A stretch of DNA of 36,091 nucleotides from a virus. The DNA lies in IMG/VR virus record IMGVR_UViG_3300045988_081375, positions 1 to 36,091 of that record. The stretch is one strand, 5' to 3'. The notes below the pieces were generated by a model. It saw only the letters and a list, made by a program, of their open reading frames with translations, had not been told where the DNA came from and ran no database searches. Made by a program: the position numbers and the translations under genes. Below, in pieces: positions 1 through 6,447 of this stretch. Within the stretch, counting starts at the first letter, position 1. Each line of letters starts with the position of its first letter.

Positions 1-55
1 GCGGACCTTTCAACATCGGCGCTTACCGATACTAACTATAATGCGTTCCTTGATG
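1..55. repeat. 55-bp terminal overlap, identical to 36037..36091 (circular closure of the contig)
   Basis: Compared base by base: gcggacctttcaacatcggcgcttaccgatactaactataatgcgttccttgatg occurs at both ends. Confidence 0.95.
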
Positions 56-516
56 AGCTTGACAGCTTCCTTTCACTGCTTGACGGCAAGCCCGATATGC
101 TCCTTATGAACGGAAAAATGCTGGCAAAACTCAGAGCGTGTGCAAGGAGAGCAGGCTATTACAGCAGAAACGAAGATTCATTCGGCACTCCTGTTGAATA
201 CTACAACGGCATAGCACTGCTTGACTGTGGCGAATATTACAACGGTACGGCTTCGGTAGATATTGTTGACACAACAACGCCTTCAACTACCGCTTACGGT
301 ACAACGGATATTTACGCAATAAAGATAGGTCTTGACGCTTTTCACGGTATTTCGCCTACAGGTACAAAGGTAATATCCTCTTATATGCCCGACCTTACAG
401 CTCCCGGAGCGGTAAAGAAAGGTGATGTTGAGCTTATCGCCGGTGTTGCGCTCAAGAACACCAAAAAAGCAGGTGTGCTGACCGGCATTAAGATACTGCC
501 TAAGTCAACATCGTAA
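1..516 (+). CDS. major capsid protein, C-terminal part (continues the ORF from 35554..36091 across the junction)
   Basis: Frame 1 is open from base 1 (ADLSTSALTDTNYNAFLDELDSF...). The overlap keeps it in frame with the ORF starting at 35554. It lies after the scaffold gene and before the connector genes. Confidence 0.8.
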   Translation, partial: ADLSTSALTDTNYNAFLDELDSFLSLLDGKPDMLLMNGKMLAKLRACARRAGYYSRNEDSFGTPVEYYNGIALLDCGEYYNGTASVDIVDTTTPSTTAYGTTDIYAIKIGLDAFHGISPTGTKVISSYMPDLTAPGAVKKGDVELIAGVALKNTKKAGVLTGIKILPKSTS

Positions 517-527
517 GGTGAAACGCA

Positions 528-848
528 ATGACAGCACTGGAAACGCTTAAAATCCGTCTTGGCATTTCCGATGAAAAGCAGGACGGACTGCTTGCCGTGC
601 TGCTTTTCAGTGCAGAGGACACTATCCTTGACGTTATCGGCAGAGATGAACTTCCTGCAAGGCTTATCAGCGTGCAGACAGAACTTGCGGTTATAGCCTA
701 TAACAGACAGGGTGCAGAGGGAGAAACCGCTCGCAGCGAGGGCGGTATTTCCCGTTCCTTTGTATCCGATCTGCCGCCCGATATGCAGAAACGATTACAG
801 AATTATCCCAGAAAGGTCGGTGTTATTCGTGCGAATGATGACGGTTGA
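528..848 (+). CDS. head-tail connector / DNA-packaging protein (gp6-like)
   Basis: N-terminus MTALETLKIRLGISDEKQDGLLAVLL...AEDTILDVIG is typical of gp6-like connector proteins. It lies directly after the capsid gene. Confidence 0.7.
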   Translation: MTALETLKIRLGISDEKQDGLLAVLLFSAEDTILDVIGRDELPARLISVQTELAVIAYNRQGAEGETARSEGGISRSFVSDLPPDMQKRLQNYPRKVGVIRANDDG

Positions 849-1137
849 TACAAGAACGCTTGCGGTGTATCGCAAGGTATCAAAGAAAAGCGACTATGTG
901 GGAACGGTATCGGAGCTTAAACAGGTAGCGACAATATCCGCTGTTGTGAAGCCGGTAACCGACAGCGTTTCTGTCGAGATGTACGGCGAGAGAATACACG
1001 GTATGCTGACGATAGCAACAACGGATAAAGACACGCTTAAAGTCGGAGATATAGTAAGGTGTGACGGAGCAGATTATAAGATACTCTCCGTCGCACATTA
1101 CACTATGCACGACAGTGCAACGGCAGAAAGGACATAA
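835..1137 (+). CDS. head closure / head-tail adaptor protein
   Basis: The ORF frame is open from 712, but the ATG-ATG at 835 gives a 14-nt overlap with the upstream gene. About 100 aa, with size and position typical of this role. Confidence 0.55.
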   Translation: MMTVDTRTLAVYRKVSKKSDYVGTVSELKQVATISAVVKPVTDSVSVEMYGERIHGMLTIATTDKDTLKVGDIVRCDGADYKILSVAHYTMHDSATAERT

Positions 1138-1139
1138 GC

Positions 1140-1580
1140 ATGGAAATGTCAATCGAAGGACTTGAAAGTTTAATGGCAAAGCTCAGACGTCTCGGCGGAA
1201 GCGTAGATGCGGCAATAGACAAGGGCATAGGTAAGGGCGTTCAGAAGATAAAGCGTGACGCAAAGGTAAACTGCCCGTATGATACAGGAAGGCTGAAAGG
1301 CAGTATCTCTACAGAACACCTTGAGCCTAAGGTCTGGGCGGTCGGTACAAACGTTGAATATGCCATGTTTGTAGAGTTCGGCACAGGTCAGCACGGCGCA
1401 CCGGGTGTACCTCACACGATGCAACCGTGGAGATACAAGGACGCTAAAGGCAACTGGCATATAACGAACGGTGCACCGCCGAAACCATATCTTTATCCTG
1501 CTTTGCTTGGCAACAGGGAGTATGTTTTCAAGTCCTGCAAGGTTGAGCTTGCAAGAGCAATAAGGAGTGCAATGGCATGA
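1140..1580 (+). CDS. HK97 gp10-family neck/tail attachment protein
   Basis: Motifs KRDAKVNCPYDTGRLKGSI and VGTNVEYAMFVEFGTG are characteristic of the HK97 gp10 family. Confidence 0.7.
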   Translation: MEMSIEGLESLMAKLRRLGGSVDAAIDKGIGKGVQKIKRDAKVNCPYDTGRLKGSISTEHLEPKVWAVGTNVEYAMFVEFGTGQHGAPGVPHTMQPWRYKDAKGNWHITNGAPPKPYLYPALLGNREYVFKSCKVELARAIRSAMA

Positions 1581-1939
1581 TAGATATTATACCCACAATT
1601 GCTGATATGCTTGCCGATATAGGCACGGTGGAATTGCAGTTCCCCGACACCACAGCCGATTTTCCTGTCATTACGTTAAGTGAGATAGCAAATCAGAGCG
1701 ATACCGTACTTCACGGTGCGGAGCGGCTGTCGGTTATCACGGTACAGATTGATGTATGGGATAAGGCGGACACGCCTGCTGTTGTAGCCGAGATGTCAGC
1801 ACGGATAAGTGCTGTAATGGTATCGAAAGGCTTTCGCCGTATATTCGGACAGATGATGCCCGACGGCGAATTACAGCGTAAATGTATGCGGTTTTCCGCA
1901 AAAATAGATGAACTGAATCACAGGGTTTATAGCCCTTAA
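1577..1939 (+). CDS. tail completion / tail terminator-like protein
   Basis: 120 aa, 4-nt overlap with the upstream gene, located immediately before the tail tube gene. Assigned by synteny only. Confidence 0.45.
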   Translation: MIDIIPTIADMLADIGTVELQFPDTTADFPVITLSEIANQSDTVLHGAERLSVITVQIDVWDKADTPAVVAEMSARISAVMVSKGFRRIFGQMMPDGELQRKCMRFSAKIDELNHRVYSP

Positions 1940-1957
1940 GTAGAAAGGAAAAGTATT

Positions 1958-2404
1958 ATGGAACTTTTATCAAAAGGCACGAAATTACAGTATGCCGACA
2001 CAAAGGCAGGCACATATAAGACGCTTTACGGCTTACAGTCAACTCCCGATATGGGCGGCGATCCCGAAAAGGTCGATGTAACGAACCTTGCGGACGGTGC
2101 GAAGCGTTACATACCCGGTGTCAAGGACTACGGCGATCTGGACTTCACGTTTTTCTATAACGATGATGACGATAATCCTGCCGTGTCAGAAGCGGACGTA
2201 GCGGCGGCGTATTCCACGCTGAGAGCGTTGCAGACATCGAACGCAACAGTGTGGTTCAAGCTGATTTATCCGGATAATACGGGCTATCAGTGGAGCTCGA
2301 AGGTATCGGTAAAGCGTTCTGCGGCAGAGGTCAATGCCGCACTGAAATTCACGCTCAGAAGCACACCTCTTACAGAGCTTGAGGACGTAACTGCTGCGGC
2401 ATAA
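1958..2404 (+). CDS. major tail (tube) protein
   Basis: 148 aa with an RBS (gaaagga), located before the chaperone and tape measure genes. The acidic FTFFYNDDDDN segment is typical of small siphovirus tube proteins. Confidence 0.6.
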   Translation: MELLSKGTKLQYADTKAGTYKTLYGLQSTPDMGGDPEKVDVTNLADGAKRYIPGVKDYGDLDFTFFYNDDDDNPAVSEADVAAAYSTLRALQTSNATVWFKLIYPDNTGYQWSSKVSVKRSAAEVNAALKFTLRSTPLTELEDVTAAA

Positions 2405-2405
2405 C

Positions 2406-2434
2406 TTGACATTTATAACCCTTCGTGGTATTAT
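2406..2434 (+). promoter_or_regulatory. sigma-70-type promoter (TTGACA, 17 nt, TGgTATTAT extended -10) inside the tail module
   Basis: The -35 TTGACA is at 2406-2411, the spacer is 17 nt, and the -10 TATTAT is at 2429-2434, preceded by TG at 2426-2427. Confidence 0.6.
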
Positions 2435-2466
2435 AAAGAAAAATATAGTATCACGGAGGGAATATA

Positions 2467-2856
2467 ATGACTAAGCAATTAGAAAACTACCTTAACCACT
2501 ACAACTATGTTGTAGGTGAACCTTGCGGCGAAAACGTACAGGCGGCTTGTGCCGAAATTAAAGCAAGCGGTGGAGAACTGCCCGATAACGTATATTTCTG
2601 CGGCAAGGAGAACAAATACTACGAGATTAAGTCGAACGATGAAATCACGCAGTTATTACTTATCGAGAATGCAAGAACAAATGATAAACTTGCTGAGCTA
2701 ATAGGTGATATAGCGAGTGAACACGCACAGCAGGCAAGAATGAGAAAAGATGTGAAGTCAATCAAGAGTGTAGCGCTTTTCTTCCTGATTATTTCGATAA
2801 TCGGTTTTGCTGTAATGTTCCTTAACATAGCGAGTATCGCACGAATATTGCATTGA
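2467..2856 (+). CDS. moron-encoded tail-anchored membrane protein, unknown function
   Basis: 129 aa, RBS GGAGGG at 2455-2460, single C-terminal hydrophobic helix (VALFFLIISIIGFAVMFLNIASIA). Flanked by its own promoter and terminator. Confidence 0.7.
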   Translation: MTKQLENYLNHYNYVVGEPCGENVQAACAEIKASGGELPDNVYFCGKENKYYEIKSNDEITQLLLIENARTNDKLAELIGDIASEHAQQARMRKDVKSIKSVALFFLIISIIGFAVMFLNIASIARILH

Positions 2857-2881
2857 TGAGTAAGCGGTGAGGTATAAGATT

Positions 2882-2910
2882 AAGCACATCTGAGAGGGTG
2901 TGCTTTTCTT
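2882..2910 (+). terminator. rho-independent terminator of the tail-module moron
   Basis: 7-bp stem aagcaca/tgtgctt (2882-2888 / 2899-2905) followed by ttctt. Confidence 0.55.
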
Positions 2911-2939
2911 ATGCAAAAAATCAAACGGAGGATATTAAA

Positions 2940-3317
2940 ATGGAAGAAAACAGATTACCCTATGAAACACTGAAAATCGGTGACACTGAGTACAAGCTCA
3001 AAATCTCGGCTTCATCGGCGATCGAGATTGAGAAGAAAACAGGCAAGTCGCTTGTTGCGGGTATGGCGGATTTTGACAAGCTCGAAACAGTAACGCTGTA
3101 TCTGTGGGGTGCATTAAATCGCTTCCAGGCGAATATTGACGTCAGAAAGGCGCAGGAGATCTATGACGATTACATAGACGCAGGCGGCGACCTTTCGGAT
3201 ATGGCGGAAATACTCTTCAAGACGCTTACGGTGTCGGGTTTTTTCAAGCGTCAGCAGGCAGAAAAACTGCTGGCGCTCGCAGAAAAGGCAGAGAGTGGAG
3301 CAGTGCAGGAGAGCTGA
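2940..3317 (+). CDS. tail assembly chaperone (G-like, short product)
   Basis: ATG at 2940 follows the RBS ggagg. The gene lies between the tube and tape measure genes, and the downstream -1 frame is open (see next feature). Confidence 0.7.
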   Translation: MEENRLPYETLKIGDTEYKLKISASSAIEIEKKTGKSLVAGMADFDKLETVTLYLWGALNRFQANIDVRKAQEIYDDYIDAGGDLSDMAEILFKTLTVSGFFKRQQAEKLLALAEKAESGAVQES

Positions 3318-3661
3318 TAACTAATCTCTACCGCCCGGCACTGTCGGCAGGAATAACACATAAAGATTTCTGGGACTTATCGGTACGGGAAATAACGCAG
3401 GCGATACAGGCAAAAAATGAATACGACAAGGCACACACCGAGCTTAACGAACGCTTGATGTGTGCCTTTGCTTATAGCATCGGTCAGCTTGTTGCCATCG
3501 GTGTCAATGCACCAAGACAATATCCGCACAGCATAGAAAAGGCATTTCCTAAGCTGTACGGGCGTGATAAGTCAGAGGGAATACCCGTGTCGGACTGGGA
3601 GGTATCAAAGCAGAATATGGCTGAATATGCGGCGGCTACGAAAGGCAGGTACAGTAAGTGA
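3239..3661 (+). CDS. -1 frameshift extension of the tail assembly chaperone (GT-like long product)
   Basis: Slippery heptamer T TTT TTC at 3239-3245 in the zero frame. I translated the -1 frame by hand and it is open from there to TGA at 3659-3661 (...ITHKDFWDLSVREITQAIQAKNEYDKAH...). Confidence 0.6.
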   Translation, partial: FFQASAGRKTAGARRKGREWSSAGELITNLYRPALSAGITHKDFWDLSVREITQAIQAKNEYDKAHTELNERLMCAFAYSIGQLVAIGVNAPRQYPHSIEKAFPKLYGRDKSEGIPVSDWEVSKQNMAEYAAATKGRYSK

Positions 3662-6072
3662 CAGTAGAAGAACTGAACGTTATAGTCAGTGCAAATAAGG
3701 ATGATTTTGACCGTAAGATACGAATGGTGAATGAAAACCTTGTGAATGTAAAAAAGCAGGCGGAAGACACCTCTGCCGGAACGCTGAGTGCTTTTAAGAC
3801 ACTTGCTTCGGGATTATCTGCGCTTGGCTTCGGTGCAATGATAAAGAATGCTATCATCCTTGCAGGTGACCTCCAGCAGAACATAGGCGGTTCGGAGTCG
3901 GTCTTCAAAAATTATGCCGACACAATTCAGAGAACCGCAGAAACTGCCGCTTCTTCGCTTGGACTTTCACAAAGCAAATATCTTGCAACTGCTACAAAGA
4001 TGGGTGCGCTCTTTCAGGGCTCGGGCTTTTCGGTAGCACAGTCTGCCGATATGGTAACGCAGTCTATGCAACGAGCGTCTGATGTGGCAAGTATTATGGG
4101 TTTATCTGTTGACAGTGCTATGGAAGCGGTCGCAGGCATGGCTAAGGGCAACTTCACCATGATGGATAATCTCGGTGTTGCCATTAACGACACGAATTTA
4201 CAGATATACGCTCAGGAAAAAGGTCTTGGCAAGCTGGAAACCACACAGCAGAAGGTCAATGCCGCTATGCAGATGTTCCTTGATAAATCAGAATATGCGG
4301 CAGGCAACTATGCAAAGGAAAATGATACCTATTCGGGTGCGCTTACAACATTCAAGGCAGAGCTTGAGAATTTTGCCGCAGAAGCAGGTACAGCACTCCT
4401 GCCGCTTGCTCAGAGCGTACTCCCTGTGCTGTCAAGCTCTCTTAACGCATTAAAGCCGGTTATAATGACGGTAGCAGAAGCTGTCGGAGGGCTTGGTAGC
4501 GTTGTTTCGGATGTACAGGCAAAGGTTGAAGCGGCAACGCCTGCACAGCAGACAATGCTGAAAATTGCTATCGGTATGGCTGTGGCAATACCTGCCGTAA
4601 CAGCGGCAACAAGGCTTATGCGTGCCGCTAAACTTGCATATACCGGCGTGCTGAACATACTTATACCAAAGCAGTTGACGTATGCGAGCGCATTAAAAGC
4701 AACTATGGGCTGGATAGGAATAATAGTCGGTGCGCTGGCACTGCTTGGCATAGCCACGAATAATGGCACTGAGGGCATAGACGACAATTCCGAAAAGCTG
4801 AAAAAAGAAAATGAAGCGGCAAACAAGGCGGCGAAAGGTGTTGATGATGTTGCAGAAAGCACAGATAATCTTACCGACAGCGTAAAACGCAGTCTTGCAG
4901 GCTTTGACGAGCTTAACAGACTGTCGGGCAATTCAGGTACGCTTGCTTCAAGCGTGGTGTCAAGCGCTGATGTGGAGAATGCGGAGAGCCTTGCTGATGC
5001 GCTGAGTGATGTGCAGGGGAAGACGAAAAATATAGATTTAGGTTCGTTATCATTTGATATTGATTTTTCTAATATCTGGGGCGAATTAAACAAGCTCTTG
5101 GGAAAATTGAAAAGCGGTGAAATAGGTAATTCTATTAAATCATTATTTAACAATCTTGGCACTACGTTAAAGCCTTTCTTTGACGGAATAGATGAAATGT
5201 TTGGCTTTAATCTTGATAAATGGCTCAAGGATTTAGGCAATTTTATCGGTGACATAGTTACGGACATCAGCAATGGAGATATAGATAAGGCGATTGATGA
5301 TGTATTTGCATTTGTAAAAAATTCGTTTATTAATATAGCACCCAGTATAACAACAATTTGTAGCAAAATCATCGGTGAAGTTGACAAACTGCTTGGCACC
5401 TCATTCCAAAAGTCATTTGACAAATGTGCTGAGTTATGCTATCAGGCAGGTGTTATGCTAAATAATGTTATAAATGATACTGCCGGTAAGACGGAACGTA
5501 GTCAGAAATATAACACCACATACAGCGAAATGCTGACGTATATGCGGGATTGGATGGTGAAAAACGACAGCACAAGTGCAGACAAAGCATACGGCGAAAC
5601 AGTCAGTCATTTTAATATTAACAATGACGAAGAACTGAAAAAATGGTTTGATGAAGGCAATTACGGTGCTTCGCTTTATGAGTTTGCAAAAACAACGGCT
5701 ATGCGGATAAAAAATGACGAGGTTGACCCTGTTCTTAAGCGTCGTCTAAAAGGGCAGTCTACATGGGCAGATATAAGTTCACTCGGCATCCTCGGTTACG
5801 CCGACGGCGGTTTCCCCGATTACGGCGATCTGTTCATAGCAAATGAAAGAGGCCCTGAGCTTGTCGGCACTATCGGCAACCGTACCGCAGTTGCGAACTC
5901 GTCAAGCATAGAAATAGCAATATATAACGCTGTACGCTCGGCTATGTCTGACAGTTCAGGCGGTCAGTCCGCAGATATACACGTCACTGTCGATATAGAC
6001 GGTGATACGGTCGGTGAAACCGTAGCACGCTATAATGCTGTCAGAAACCGCAGACTTAACGGAAGGAGTTAA
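3658..6072 (+). CDS. tail tape measure protein
   Basis: 804 aa with a GTG start overlapping the chaperone stop. Ala/Gly-rich helical N-half, internal hydrophobic segments, canonical position. Confidence 0.85.
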   Translation: MTVEELNVIVSANKDDFDRKIRMVNENLVNVKKQAEDTSAGTLSAFKTLASGLSALGFGAMIKNAIILAGDLQQNIGGSESVFKNYADTIQRTAETAASSLGLSQSKYLATATKMGALFQGSGFSVAQSADMVTQSMQRASDVASIMGLSVDSAMEAVAGMAKGNFTMMDNLGVAINDTNLQIYAQEKGLGKLETTQQKVNAAMQMFLDKSEYAAGNYAKENDTYSGALTTFKAELENFAAEAGTALLPLAQSVLPVLSSSLNALKPVIMTVAEAVGGLGSVVSDVQAKVEAATPAQQTMLKIAIGMAVAIPAVTAATRLMRAAKLAYTGVLNILIPKQLTYASALKATMGWIGIIVGALALLGIATNNGTEGIDDNSEKLKKENEAANKAAKGVDDVAESTDNLTDSVKRSLAGFDELNRLSGNSGTLASSVVSSADVENAESLADALSDVQGKTKNIDLGSLSFDIDFSNIWGELNKLLGKLKSGEIGNSIKSLFNNLGTTLKPFFDGIDEMFGFNLDKWLKDLGNFIGDIVTDISNGDIDKAIDDVFAFVKNSFINIAPSITTICSKIIGEVDKLLGTSFQKSFDKCAELCYQAGVMLNNVINDTAGKTERSQKYNTTYSEMLTYMRDWMVKNDSTSADKAYGETVSHFNINNDEELKKWFDEGNYGASLYEFAKTTAMRIKNDEVDPVLKRRLKGQSTWADISSLGILGYADGGFPDYGDLFIANERGPELVGTIGNRTAVANSSSIEIAIYNAVRSAMSDSSGGQSADIHVTVDIDGDTVGETVARYNAVRNRRLNGRS

Positions 6073-6073
6073 T

Positions 6074-6436
6074 ATGCAGACACTTATAAAATTCGGCAGC
6101 TTCACGCCGATTTCGCCACGCTCATACGCTGTACAACGTTCCGACCTTGACAGCGAGGACAGCGGCAGAAGCGAAACAGGCAAGATGTTCCGCAACCGTA
6201 TCAGAGCGGGCGTGTATAAGATACAGGTAACTTGGAGGGTGAACAGGTCGCAGCTTTCCGCTATAGCAAATGCGATTTCTCCCGATTCGTTTTCTGCAAC
6301 ATTTTTCGACCCGACCACAGCAAGCACAAAGACCTGCACGATGTATGCCGGCGACAGAAGCGCAACTATGGTACTTAACGCCGACACTGCCGCAGAAACA
6401 CTGTGGGATTTAAGCGTAAACTTTATCGAATATTAA
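6074..6436 (+). CDS. small tail component in the distal-tail position
   Basis: ATG at 6074 after the RBS ggaaggag. 120 aa, located between the tape measure and the large tip/fibre protein. Function assigned by position only. Confidence 0.5.
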   Translation: MQTLIKFGSFTPISPRSYAVQRSDLDSEDSGRSETGKMFRNRIRAGVYKIQVTWRVNRSQLSAIANAISPDSFSATFFDPTTASTKTCTMYAGDRSATMVLNADTAAETLWDLSVNFIEY

Positions 6437-6447
6437 GAGGTGATTCT

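Noticed and set aside
712-834. N-terminal extension of the head-closure ORF (start at 712)
   Set aside because: It would overlap the connector gene by 137 nt in another frame, with a Cys/Pro/Arg-rich sequence. The ATG pair at 835 gives the usual short overlap.
4410-5423. 337-aa minus-strand ORF inside the tape measure gene
   Set aside because: It is antisense to a well-supported 804-aa gene. The product is low-complexity and Ser/Ala/Leu-rich, mirroring the sense-strand codon bias. It has no RBS and all surrounding genes are on the plus strand.
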